Shown here piece after piece: positions 52,284 to 64,000 of a stretch of 64,000 nt of DNA; position 1 is the stretch's first letter; every line of letters begins with the position of its first letter. A program made the position numbers and the translations under genes. Source of the DNA: Vitrella brassicaformis CCMP3155. Lineage: Eukaryota; Protista; Chromerida. The notes under the pieces were generated by a model, which was not told the DNA's origin, made no database searches, and worked only from the letters and a program-made list of their open reading frames with translations. Location of the stretch: the NCBI GenBank assembly GCA_001179505.1, contig CDMY01000219.1, forward strand, positions 99,155-163,154. Direction: 5' to 3'.

Positions 52284-52943
52284 TTGGCTGTCAGCGTACG
52301 CCATGTGTCCTCGAACGACATAGCCGTCGCCGTGCGCCGGCGACATCCGTCGCTTCGTGCTCCCTCATCCGGCAGCTTCGGCGACTACGTGTTCGAGTCG
52401 GTCACCGACTTGACCATCGAAGACCCTCATCTCGTCACCAACGGCGCGCTGCCCTCCCTCCCAGCGACACCGTGCGATCGCTTCCCGCGACTGTGTTATG
52501 TCTTCATTATGACCCCATCCATCCATTTGGTTTGAGAGGGCGGGGTGAGGGAGCTGCTAGTCGCCGACGTCCCCATCAGCCGATACGACACGACCTACGG
52601 CACCGGCCAGCCGCCGCCAAGTGAGGCCGCATCCAATTTGGCCGCATCCGGCCTTCTCGGTCAGCTGGCACTCGAGTGCCTCGATGTGACCCTCCGTGTG
52701 GACCAGGTGGTGTTGAGCTTTATGCCCGCACAGCCTATCGGGGCATTCCGACCACAGACATGCCCCATCAACCACCCCTTCACGACGCCCGAGCTCGCCG
52801 CCCGCCTCCCGCCCATCAAGGCGCTGTGCATTAGCATGCCCTATTGCGTCCACGACCGCTTCGGCAGTGTGCAGACCGACTTCATCATGGCCGTCATGCA
52901 CAACACACCGGGCTCAAGCGGGTCGAGTTCGGCGGGGAGGTGA
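52284..52943 (+). CDS. Coding-like fragment(s) of unknown family; either extra exons or a gene relic
   Basis: Two same-frame ORFs (52284..52535 and 52545..52943) with protein-like composition (GDYVFESVTDLTIEDP; LECLDVTLRVDQVVLSF) are separated by a single TGA inside an intron-like stretch. Confidence 0.3.
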
Positions 52944-53910
52944 CTCAAAATTTGGTCAGCGGGAGCCCGCACCTGCTGCGTCACTCGCCTGTCTAGTTGG
53001 CGTTTGGTGCTGTGGATGAGGCCTTGGCATCGGCCGGGTCGCCGTTTGTGGTGGTGTCCACTGACGACAGCAGACTTACACTGGAGCGATAGATGCCATT
53101 GGGCCGGGCGTGAGAGAGTGGAGAGGCGATGGGGCTGTGCGGGCTGCCTTAGTGATAGCCAGCTTGCTTGTTGGTTGAGCATTTGTTGACCTTTATCTGA
53201 GTGGCGACTTCATGTCCACCATGTTCAGCCGAGCGCTATGACTGACGCAGACAGACAGACTGTACAGGCGGAGTTTGAATTGAAAAAAGTGTTCCTCACA
53301 GACACACCTGCACACACGAAATGGCCATGATGTCACCCCACACCTAAGGCAGCAAGGGAATGGCCATGAGAAGCGGAAGAGCTCACCATGTACACAGACT
53401 GCAGGTGCGTTGGTGTGCGAGAGAGAGACTGCATGTCTTGTCTACCTGCCTGCCTGCGTTTCGATAGTGTCATACTTGCAATGTCTGTTTTTATGTCACA
53501 CCCATCACGCGCTGCAGTGTGTGCGCCTCAGGCTGCCTGTCGACACTGACTGTCGGCATTGGTCTCTCTCTCTCGCTCTGTGAGTGTGTGTGTGTGTGTG
53601 CGTGTGTGTATGGCTCTCTCCGACCCATCCCATCATTCACTCACTCACACGGACACCCAACAAATGTCAGTGATGGGAGGAAGTGCACGAATATGAACAT
53701 GAGTATGAACATGAATGTGTGTGTATGGTATGAAGAGCTTTGTAAGCCCGCCAGCAGCAGGGGTGGAGGGAAAGCTGGGCGACAGACAGACAGACAGACA
53801 GCACCCCGGCCGCACATACACTGCACCATTCCCCACTTCTCTCCCTTCGTTGTGCTCTCCGTTGCTCACTTGTGTGGTCTGCGTCGGTGGCAGGTTTGTG
53901 TGTGTAGTGG

Positions 53911-55160
53911 TCATTTGAGGGCCTCGGCGATGATGGCTGTGACGGCATCGCGAATGAGGACGGGGGCGAAGCCTGTGATGGAGCGACGGGGGAATGCCTG
54001 GCGTGGCACTTCCTGGTTGTCACGGTTGTAGTCGTTGAGCCACTTGATCATCTCGGTCTCAAACTCTCCCCACACCACGTCGTCAACCTCTACGAACTGA
54101 CTTGCGCACACACACACACACACACACAAATACAAATGGAGGTGTGTAGCGGTGGCCGGCAGCATTGGTGTGTGGGTTTGTCCTCACGTGTGTGTTGCCC
54201 TGGCTGTGCGTTTTGTGCCACTGGATGAGGCCCATGGCGTCAGTATCCGTGTTGGTCAGAAACTAACAAGGAGACACATAGCCGACCTCTCCATCTTTTG
54301 CTATTCTTTGTACACATGTGGTGGAGCCGAGCTGCTGACCTTTTCGACGAGTGTGGATGGCGGCGTCAGGCTGTCGTATGTCACGGTGATAGAGTCTTTG
54401 TAGTCGGCGAATGACATTTTCAGAAGGCTCATACCTACACATCAAATACCAACAACACACGGCTCCACCCGGAAGCTACGATGGGCCGCACACGTGTGTT
54501 GCCCTCTCTCTGTGTGTGTACGATGAGTGTTCGTCGCATGATCGGCCGCCAATGCCGCTCCAGCGGCCGCCGCTCGCCGAGCAGACACAATCTGGCACAA
54601 ACACACAGAAGCGCTTCTTGATGCAGCTCATCGTTCCTTTGAATCAATTGGCGTGCGTACAGTACCTGTCGGGCGCAGCACTCGATGTGGTGCACAGCAT
54701 ATCGGTTCGGAGCCAAGTCACCCTCTCCCAGAGGCTCCAGCGTCAGAGGGTCCACTCCGCGGTCGCTGATCTGCCGGAGGATGGCCGACAGCTCGTAGCA
54801 GTGCCCTGCGTGGGTGAGAAGCAACGGGTGAGAGGAAATGAGCTACCTGCATGGCTGGTGGTCAGCTTCAACATGCGTACCTGAGGGTGTGATGACGGGA
54901 GTGCGCGGAACGGCCAATGAGATGGGACACCGCTCCACGGAGGCCGGAAACTCATGGTTAGGAACTGCATCCATTAATCGCAAACCACGCAAATAGCCCA
55001 TCCATCCCGCCCCTTGCTCTTGGTCACTCACCCGTTCACTCACCTCTGTCGAGTACTTCTCTGATAAAAGCAGCGTCCACACCCCGGAAACGCACTCTCT
55101 CGCAAGGTGCAGGGCGAGGATCTACACGGTGTGCGGCAGCGCCGGCCGGGCGGGAGGCTG
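53911..55160 (-). CDS. U-box E3 ubiquitin ligase domain protein; multi-exon, 5' end uncertain
   Basis: Spliced FPASVERCPISLAVPRTPVITPSGHCYELSAILRQISDRGVDPLTLEPLGEGDLAPN is a U-box consensus match. The last exon ends ...VTAIIAEALK*. Confidence 0.78.
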
Positions 55161-55628
55161 AGGAGCTCCTGCGGCATCAGCGGCACCCGCAGGACGCTGA
55201 GGCACGTCAGGCTTGAGAGCGGTCAGCTGGCGCAGCGCCCATGGGCGCAGCGCTGGAACAAGGCAGCAGAGATTCAGAATGCCGATTATCAAGCAGTACA
55301 AAAACCCGGTCCACGCAAATATTATCAATATCCATTTCAAGAGACCAAACAAACTCAAGAGAGCAAACAAACCACCGAAGATCCACAGGCAGATCCACAG
55401 GTAGATCCGAAAATGCTCAGGAGCTCCTGCGGCATCAGCGGCACCCGCAGGACGCTGAGCCACCTCAGCGTTTTGACCATTCAGCCACCCGAAGAAGGCA
55501 GCGATATCGTGCGCGATCGAACACAGCCCGCCAAAACCAGCCAAACACATAATCGACAACCCGATTATGAAGTGGATCGGGGAGGGGACCTCCTCCGGTC
55601 CGCCGAAAGGAGCGTTTGCTTCAAACAT
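55122..55628 (-). CDS. Three-TM hydrophobic ORF immediately upstream of the U-box exons (probably the same gene)
   Basis: IHFIIGLSIMCLAGFGGLCSIA, YLWICLWIFGGLFALLSLFGLL and WILIIFAWTGFLYCLIIGILNLCCLV. The first ATG is at 55628. Confidence 0.55.
   Translation of the reverse strand: MFEANAPFGGPEEVPSPIHFIIGLSIMCLAGFGGLCSIAHDIAAFFGWLNGQNAEVAQRPAGAADAAGAPEHFRIYLWICLWIFGGLFALLSLFGLLKWILIIFAWTGFLYCLIIGILNLCCLVPALRPWALRQLTALKPDVPQRPAGAADAAGAPQPPARPALPHTV
55161..55459. repeat. Perfect 41-nt direct repeat pair (55161-55201 and 55419-55459)
   Basis: aggagctcctgcggcatcagcggcacccgcaggacgctgag occurs twice, 258 nt apart. Each copy encodes QRPAGAADAAGAP on the minus strand. Confidence 0.95.
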
Positions 55629-56107
55629 ACCAGGGATTTGCGGCTCCGCATGGTAAATTTGTAAATGTCCGGTTCCGCGGAATCGAGGCGATGAGCGAAT
55701 GACTGCAAGAGTGTGTATGGCTATGATACGCCTTAGCAAGACTCTCCCCCTCTCTCACTGCGCAGTGTATACAGCCCGAGGAGACTGCCAGACAGCCAGC
55801 CAGCCAGCCAGACAGCCAGACAGCCAGACAAAACTCAATCGCGGCGGCCAGCCAATTGAAGCAGCCAGACAGGCAAGCAGCTAGGCAGCCACGTGACTCT
55901 TGACGTGAGTGTAGCAACACCAACCAAGAAAAACGACCGAATGCAATTAAGAGGGAAAAACTCGCCAGCCACGCACAACACGCGCACCTCTCCCTCTCCC
56001 TCTCTCTCTTCACCCGCCCGCATGTGTGTGTCCCAGGCAGCCAGCCAAACGGTCAGCCAGTCAGTCCCATCCAACAGACCGCATCGCCTCAATGACATGT
56101 CACATTA

Positions 56108-59100
56108 TCAGACAGGTACGTTCTCGGCTTTGAATTTGGTTTCGCCCTTCTGCCGATAGTATTGAGCGGGGGCGCCCAGCATGACGTACTTGTAGAAGAC
56201 GATGTTGATGAGCACATTGCAGGCGTTGAGCAGCAGGAACATGGCCTTCCAGCTCCACGGGAAGATGTTGTGGCCGTCGGGGCCGTAGAAGGGCCCTCCG
56301 CGGCCCATGAACGAGATACGCGGCAGGAAGGGCACCACCGTCGCGCGGGACGTCGCGTCGTCACAGTTGAGCCGAAACAGGCACGTCAGCATGTTGGGGC
56401 CGGCGAACATGCAGTAGAGGAGGCCCAGGTTCAGCCCGGCCCACCACCTGAACGACAGACACCAGACACACAAGAGGGCCGGCCATTGTGGCGCGTGTCG
56501 TTCTCTGGCTTGGTGGTATGTTTACTTACAGGGTGAGTTGTCTGTTCTTGAAGACGTTCTCTCTGAACATGCCCCCGAAGGAAAAGATGAGGGCGGCGTT
56601 GATCAGCTGGAAGCCCAGCCACAGCGTCAGACATGCCGTCTCATAGTTGTCACTCCTGCACACACGCATCCATCCATCCATCCATCGATCGATGGGCAAT
56701 GCGCAATGGCCAGTCTATGCCCTTGCTCACTTCATCCACCATGCCCAAATGGGATAGCTCTTGGAGGTCTCGAGGGCAGGCGTGTACCAACCTGCACACA
56801 ACAGACAAAAGACACAGCAGCAGGCCATGTGTGTGGGGTGGCTGGCTGGCTGGATGGCTCTCTGGCCCTTCTCGCTCACCCTGTGCCCGCAGCATGACGA
56901 ACATCAGCCAGAGGAAACCCGTGTTGATCGCCTGTGCACATACACAGACAAGGGCACACACGCAGCAAATCCATCCGCCGGTCCTTCGCATGTTTGTGTC
57001 ATTCTCCCTCCCTCCCTGCCTCCCTCCACGGACCATCATGGCGACGATCGACACGACTGTGTGCGGCCCGAGCAGACTCGATGTCGGCGTCCGAATGCGA
57101 AGACGATTCTTTGGTCTGCACACATGGCAAACAAACCCATCTCAGTCAATACGCACAGGCACTCAGTGAGGCACTGACCTGCAGAGTGTCATAGCGTACG
57201 CCAGGCCGAGGTCGATTAGTATGTCGAAGTAGAAGTAGCCGAGCTCGGGCATTATCGAGTTGGCCAGCGAGAAGAGCACCACCTTGGCCAGGGTGATCAG
57301 CAGCCCGTACATGACCATGAACTTGTAACACGCAAGCGACGTCACCAAACTGCCGCGGCCCTCTCTCAGCAGGTCAACCACCGCCAAGGGGCTCTTGCTC
57401 CGCGCGCAGAAGGGCGACACTATCGACGCCTCAGCCTTACCACACACAGACACACGCACACACACACATCCACACACACACACACACACATCGACACACA
57501 CACATAGTCGACAGACACAGAGACGAAAATGGCCCGATAGGCGCAACAAGGCCATGAGATCTCATTCACCTCTGAGAGGGCGACTCCCGCGTGTGCAGCC
57601 CGCAGCGCGCCGCAGTCGTTGCCTCCGTCGCCACACATGCCCGTGATGAAGCCCTGATTCATGAAGGCCTTGATCACTCTGACCTTCCCCTGACACACAC
57701 AAAACACACACACACAAGGATGGATGGATGGCTTGGTGGGTCGATGCGGCCCGCCCATTGTCTCGCTAACCGCTGGGGTCATTCTGGCGAAGATGCGTAT
57801 CCTCAGCAGGAGTTTGTCGATGAGCAGCTGCTGCTGGCCCGATGCCGGCATGGGAATCCTCACCTGACCCTCGGCCGCCAGCAGCTTGGTGGTCTCGTCA
57901 CTCCTGTCATGGCTGGCCGCAGAGGCCTCCGGGACGTAATTGTGGGAGCAGAGCCAGTCGTAGGCCTCTTGCGTCACAGCCAGGTCCTGGAACTCCTGAC
58001 ACACACACATCCACATCAATCACCCACACAAACAATCGACCGACACGCTTCAAGCTTGTTCCTCTGTCTCCTTCTCACCTCAGTGTGGTAGATCTGGGCC
58101 TCGCTGACGACGTCATTGGTGTCCACGTCTCGCCACTCGACCACCGCCCCCTCCCCATGGCCGCCTCTCTTGACGCTTCCCAGCACCACACGACCCACAC
58201 TGCTGTCCACCTCTGCCGGCTGCTGGGGCGGCAGCGGGTCGGCACTCAGCTTCCGACGACTGCGGTACCTCTCCTGCTTCGTCTGGGGGGAGAGGTCGGC
58301 ATCGGCGTCCCACAGGACGTCCTTGCTGCCTTGTCGCTGCCGCTGCTGCTGCTGGTGTTTGAGTGAGGGGCGGTTTGGTGTGGCCGTTGCTGCGGCAGTG
58401 GGTGTGGTGGTAGCGGAGATGTCTGCCGATGCCGATGTGGCGGGTGATGTGTCGGCCATCATGCCGACATTGCGGGCGATCGTCACGGCAGTCAGGGCGT
58501 TGTCACCTGCGATCGATTGGACAAGAGGTCACAATGCGGCTGAGCGCGTCGATGTGGTGTCCCGCTCCCGTACTGACCTGTGATCATAACGGGTCTCACT
58601 CTGCCGGCCTTGAGGCTCCTGATCGCATCGGGGCTCTCGGGCTTCAACTCGTTCCTTTACACACACACACACACCACATCATCAGTGTTCCCCTCCATCA
58701 TCCATCCATCCATCAATCAGACCTGAAGAGGATCAGCCCCAGCAGCGTTAGGTCCTTCTCGATGTCGTCTCGCGCGAAGGGCGTGTCGACGGGGGTGTTC
58801 TTGGGGAGCGTCTTGGTGGCCAGTGCCAGGACGTAGATGCCCTGCTTGGCGTACCCGTTGGCCACGTCGAAGTAGGCCAGCGGGTGGCCGCTGCCGCTGC
58901 CCTGCGGACACAGCTTGGCGATGTTCTCGTAGCTCCCCTTGCAGTACACGGCCAGCTCCACTGACACACAGACACACGTCGATGGATGGATGGATGGATC
59001 CGACTTTTTGTCTCACCTGTTTCAAGGTTTTTGGTGACGACGCTCATGGTTTGCCTGCCGTGGTCGAATTCGAACGCCTGCAGGACCTCGGCCCCGCTGT

Positions 59101-62100
59101 AGCCGTCCGAGTGTGCCGCCCTGACCCGGACACGTGGGGCCCCCTTGGCCTTGTCCTGCCACTCCTCAAACACCCAGCCAGTCGCCATGAACATCCTGCT
59201 CACACACACCACACTCACCGGCCATTGCGTCTCTCTCTCTCTCCCCCCCTCAGTGTGTGTGTGTGCACGTGCCGCACCGTCTCTCGAGCTCATTGCCGAT
59301 GAGAGTGGCGTCCTGGCTCGACTTGAAGGTCTTGGGCGTGCTCACGGGGGTCCTCTCGTCACACAGCAGCGTCAAGGAGTGGCAGCAAGCCAGTCCGCGC
59401 AGCACCACGTCAGGGATGGTTGAGGGCAGCGGCAGGGGAGAGGACGACCCACTGCCGCTCTCATCCTCCTCCTCTATCTGCAGATTGTCGCGCGTTGACG
59501 GGGGCGATGGCGGCGCAGCCACGAGTATGGGCGAGGTGAAGACTGGCGGGCTCTTCTTGTTGGTCTTGATGGGGTGGACGCCGATGAAGTCGACGTACTC
59601 CTTGGTGAGTGTGCCGGTCTTGTCGAAGCACATGACGCGCACCTTGCCGCAGATGGCGATGCGGGCGGGGGCCAGGCAGGTGATCTGGTTGTCCTCCTTG
59701 AGGCGCTGGGAGGCCACATTCTGCCCGATGGCCAGCAACACGGCCGTCCAGATGGGCACCACCTGCAACACGTAGGCGCAGAGAGGGAGGGAGGGAGGGA
59801 GGGAGGGAGAGGGAGGGTGAGAGAATGAGTGGCGGTTGGCGTCTCTTTCTGTATCTCAGTTGATCGATTGCCCACCTGTGAGATGGTCCCCACGCCGTAG
59901 AAGAATGACGCAATCCCGAAACCGAGATAGTAAGACTATGACAGGTGGATGGACACACCAACGCGCACACACAGACATGTCAGGCAGCCGTGCACCCCTC
60001 TCTGTCTGTCTGTCTGTCTGTCTGTGTGCCCCCACCTCACCCACCTGCACAAGGAAGATGACAGCGGCGTATATGCAGAGGACCACAAACACAACGGGCA
60101 GCTGCTCGTCATACTTGAACCGCAGCGTGTTGGGGAACAGAATGTTGCGGACCAGCTGCCCCCGGCTGGTGCTCGTCCCCGTCCGCACAGCCACGCCCAC
60201 ACCGCACCCAATCGGCATTCCCGTGTTCTGCGAGCTCATGCTGCCGCTGCGAGAAGGGGAGGCCGACTGACCCGATTGCTGCTGCTGCTGCTGTTGGGGC
60301 GCGCTGTTGACCTTGAGCGCCTTGGTGCCGGCGAACAGGAAGTGCTTCTTGGCTTTGTCTGGGTGGAGGAGGGTGTCGTCTTGCTCTGGTGCGAGTGGGA
60401 ACTTCTGGACGGGCATCGACTCGCCGGTTAGGGAAGACTCGTCGACCACCACCTGGCCCGACAGCTGATGGAAGGACCCACAGCGAGAGAGAGAAGGCCA
60501 GATTTTGGAGTTTGCTGGGTGTGTGGATGGACAGTGCGTCTGGTGACTCACTGACCAGGGCTATGTCGCACGGCACCATCCAGCTGTCCTCAATCACCAC
60601 AACGTCACCTTACAAACACAAACACAAGCAGGCAGACAGACAGCGACATCACACAAAGAAAAGAGAGAGAACGAATCCCCCCCTCCCCCCCTCCCCCCCT
60701 CACACACACACACCTGGTACGGTCTCAGCGGCCTTGACGGTGACGAGCTGTTGGTTCCTGACGACCATGACGTCGAGCAGTGCGGCCTGCTCGGCCATCT
60801 CCTGGACCGACTTTTGGTTGGACCGCAGCAGCACCACCTTCTTGGCCACCGACCAGCAGACCAGCCCGAACCACACCAGCGCCGATATGACATTGCGGAA
60901 GTGCAGACCCACCCAGAAGCAAAATAGCTGGAATATGTAGATGCCGTCACTCAACTCCCTGAGAGAGGAGAGAGAGAGGAACGGACAAAGTGGTGATGGT
61001 CCGGGGTGAGTGAGTGAGTGAGTGTGTGCGGGCGGGCGGACTGACCTGCTTGCTGAGGTGAGGAGCGATGGCACCTCAACGTGGATGCGGTTGTAGCCCA
61101 CGAGCGACCGCTTGCCGTGCACCTCGTTCTCCGTCAGTCCGCCACGGTCCACCTGCGCTCGCAACGACCGGCCTGACACAACACGACACGACACACACCA
61201 AACAAACCCGATGGATGGATGGATACAGGCGGCTGTGTGTGCTGTGGTCTGTCTGGCCACCCACCCACCGGTCTGATGGACCTCTCCCTCACAGGGCCTG
61301 AACTCCCCCTTGCTGTACATGTATCTCGTGCACTGCAGGTCGAAATACCGCAGCCCCTCCGCCGTGGTCTTGACCTCACAGTGGAAGGTCCGCCCCCCCG
61401 GCCGCCCCGCCCCCATCCACAGACTCATGGCCCGCCGCCACTTGTTGACCCACCGCATCACGGCGTCCTGGCAATTCTCTATAGAGATCTCGTCGTCGTC
61501 CTTCTTCCACACGGCCACGTGGGTCGCGTCCTCTAGTGACGACCGCAGGAGGAAGAACGTGTTGAGGTGCTTCTCGAAGAGCTTGAGGCCGAACAGGATG
61601 ACGGCGCTGAGGCACCAGACGAGCACGAAGGACTTGGCGCGGGTGTCCCAGTAGAGGTGCGTCTGGGAGAAGGGCACCCGCCACTCCATCCACAGACACA
61701 GACCCAGCAGCACCTGGGAGGCCACGGCCGATGCTATCACGGATCGGGAGAGCAGCCTGCCCGGCAGGCAGGACGTGTAGCCCCACTGCTCCTGGGACCG
61801 GCCGTTGCTGCTGTCGTCGGCCTTGCAGTCGGTGCTGCCGTTGTTGGCGTCATTGTCCTGGTTGTATGACTGCACGGAGCCCGTGGAGCCCGCGAAGCTG
61901 AAGGTGTTGTAGGGGCTGTTGCTGTTCTGGTTGGCCCGCCTCTTCTTGGGAATGTCCCCGTTGCTCAGGTGGCTCCGCTCCCAACGGCCTTTGAAAGACG
62001 ACCTGCACACACACACACACACACGAGGAGCAGGGTCATGCGCACCGCTCCCAGACGCCATCTCTGCGTGTGTCGTCTCCGTGTTGTTTGTGCACTGGTG

Positions 62101-62229
62101 GCACATGTGTGCGAGATCTGTGGTGCCTGCCGCTCACCAGAGGGCGCATAGGACCACCAGGACGCCATAAAGGAGGTAGATGTGAAGCACATCGACGGCT
62201 GTGATGGGAACTTCGGTGAATTCGGCCAT
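56108..62229 (-). CDS. P5-type (type V) P-ATPase, ATP13A-like; about 20 exons
   Basis: VDESSLTGESMPVQK, CFDKTGTLT, FEFDHGRQTMSVV, KGSYE, ITGDNALTA, MCGDGGNDCGALRAAHAGVALS, SIVSPF and LREGRGSLVTSLACYKFM. Start MAEFTEVPITAVDVLHIYLLYG at 62229. Confidence 0.93.
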
Positions 62230-62426
62230 TTCTGGCTACTGAAGCTCGAGCCGGATGCAGGCAAAGCTCAATTCTCCGTTGAAACCACACTGGCAGAAGC
62301 GGCAGATCTTCAAGTTTGCGAGCTTAGTGGCGAAGAGGCCTGAGCTTCCCTGCCAGCTAAAGCTAAGATCTATGCTGCCCTTTGACCATCGTCTGACGGG
62401 AGATCCAGGGCACGGGAGATCCAGGA
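62229..62426. promoter_or_regulatory. Putative bidirectional promoter (~196 bp between ATGs) shared by the P5 ATPase and sortilin
   Basis: Divergent ATGs. The spacer has two AGATCT palindromes (62304, 62366) and a cgggagatccagg direct repeat just upstream of the sortilin ATG. Confidence 0.55.
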
Positions 62427-64000
62427 TGACGCGCCGCTTGCTGCTGCTGCTGGTGGCATGTTTGTTGGCATGCACGTGTGTGTCGGGTCAGAAGAAGGTG
62501 AGCGTGACGGAGGTGTCGGTGGACAGCGCTGTGGAGGACATCCAGTGGGGCGGTGCGGATCACAGCGTGGTGTTTCTCAAGACCACCAAGGGACGGCTGT
62601 ACCGCAGCACCGACTCGGGCAAGCAATGGAACGACATCACCAACAGCCTCGTCCTCTCCGAGACAGAGCCTGGCGCGCCGGCCACGGCCATCACCGTCGA
62701 CAGCATGCTGCTCAACCCCGTCGACAAGAACATTGTGCTCGTCGTCGGCACCAAGCACAGCCACTTCATCTCCAACGACGCGGGACGCACCTGGAGAAGA
62801 CTCAAGCAGCGGGTGCCGATCCACTCGTGGCAGTTCCATCCCACGCAGCCGCACTGGGCGCTGCTGAGCGCCTGGAGTGACCAGTGCCACACGGCGAGCG
62901 AGCCGGCCAAGACGGCTGCCGGGGGTGCGGCGACGGACAAGGCGTGCAACCACATGCTGTATGTGACCAAGGACCTGGGTGTGCAGTTCCACCTGGTCTC
63001 GAGCTACGTGGTTCAGTTCTCGTGGGGCGACGTCAAGCACAATCAGCAGAACTGGATCTACTTCACCCACCACCGCACCAAGGAGGGCGGCCAGCCGAAG
63101 TACGGCGGCTGGACCAAGAACGTCGACTTCGCCGTCACCGAGGACTTCGGCCGCTCCCACCGGGTCCTCATGCACCACGGCAACAAGTTCCTCGTCTCTA
63201 ATGGCTACACCTTCGTGGCCAAGTCGGAGGACGAGGCCAAGCAGACGGTCGCTCTGATGGTCTCGACCGACGGCGGCAAGACCTTCGAGAAGGCCAAGCT
63301 GCCCTTCGAGCTGTCGGAGAAGTCCTACACGGTCCTGGACACGTCCGAGGGGGCCGTGATGCTGCACGTCAACCACGGCGACGAGGGCCGGTCGGGCAGC
63401 GGCAATGTGTACATCTCTGACCACAAGGGCCTCAGGTACTCCCTCTCCCTACCCAGCAACGTCCGCACCACCACAGGCGAGACCGAATTCGACCGCGTTC
63501 TCTCACTCGAGGGCGTGTACCTGGCCAACTTCAAGGACGACCCAGAGGCCGAAGGCGCGCTGTCTGCTGCGGCGGTTGAGAAGAAGACTGAGGACAAGGC
63601 GGCCGAGCAGCAGGAGGAGGAGGTCAGCCAGACGGCGGTCGACTCGCGGCACAAACCCAAGCGGCGGTCGAAGGCCGAGGATGTCGTCAAGACGGTCATC
63701 TCGTTCGACAAGGGGGCCGTGTGGTCGTACCTGAGGGCGCCCAAGATCGACTCCACCGGCAACAAGATCGAGTGCCCCCCCGACAGATGCTGGCTGCACC
63801 TACGTAAAAACACACGCAGGCACTCTCACACACGTGCATCCATTTTTCTCTGTGTCGTGTGATGCGTGTGATCAGATGGTGTGACGAATTTCCACAACTA
63901 CGCGCCCTTCTACTCGGTGGAGAACTCCGTGGGCATCATCATGGGCACGGGCAACGTGGGCCCCCACCTGCGATACGAGGCCGACGAAGTCAACACCTAC
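62426..64000 (+). CDS. SORTLR: Vps10p-domain sortilin-like receptor (SORTLR type), 5' part; continues beyond the window
   Basis: Signal peptide MTRRLLLLLVACLLACTCVSG. BNR/Asp-box repeats: LYRSTDSGKQW, ISNDAGRTW, VSTDGGKTF and ISFDKGAVWSYL. Also GNVYISD, VLSLEGVYLAN, CWLHL, and in the next exon GIIMGTGNVGPHL. Confidence 0.93.

Noticed and set aside
53690-53725. ATGAAC/ATGAGT hexamer run (MNMSMNMN)
   Set aside because: A short simple repeat in the 3' region of the U-box gene, with no supporting ORF context.
62363-63424. Long antisense ORFs (also 13432..14280, 47502..48161, 48347..49024, 31407..31916, 60389..60940)
   Set aside because: These are shadows of GC3-rich coding exons on the opposite strand, with no protein motifs.

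Overview
Eukaryotic, GC-rich, intron-dense genomic DNA carrying about 25 genes and four 300-N scaffold gaps. The short GT-AG introns are filled with CA/GACA/TGGA/CCCT microsatellites. Several genes have bipartite signal-plus-transit leaders, and there is an intronless ankyrin-repeat gene and a sortilin resembling the apicomplexan type. Together these point to a photosynthetic alveolate (chromerid, probably Vitrella-like); this is an inference, not a database result. Recognisable genes: plastid-type long-chain acyl-CoA/acyl-ACP synthetase, rhodanese, SNF1/AMPK alpha subunit, 2OG-Fe(II) oxygenase, RING-H2 E3, a CAMK-like kinase, a TPR protein, RimO, Vta1, a U-box protein, a P5-type ATPase and the 5' part of a Vps10p/sortilin receptor. 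The most unusual items are (i) a PAN/apple-repeat ectodomain fused to a ~7-TM module, (ii) a secreted PQQ/sorbosone-dehydrogenase-type beta-propeller with altered motifs fused to PAN-like modules, (iii) a chlamydia-like RimO with a plastid-type leader, (iv) two genes split by apparent single frameshifts, (v) a P5 ATPase with a non-canonical TM4, and (vi) repeated head-to-head gene pairs whose spacers are rich in the palindrome AGATCT. No rRNA, tRNA, CRISPR array or recognisable transposon was seen. Exon boundaries were assembled by eye and are approximate.
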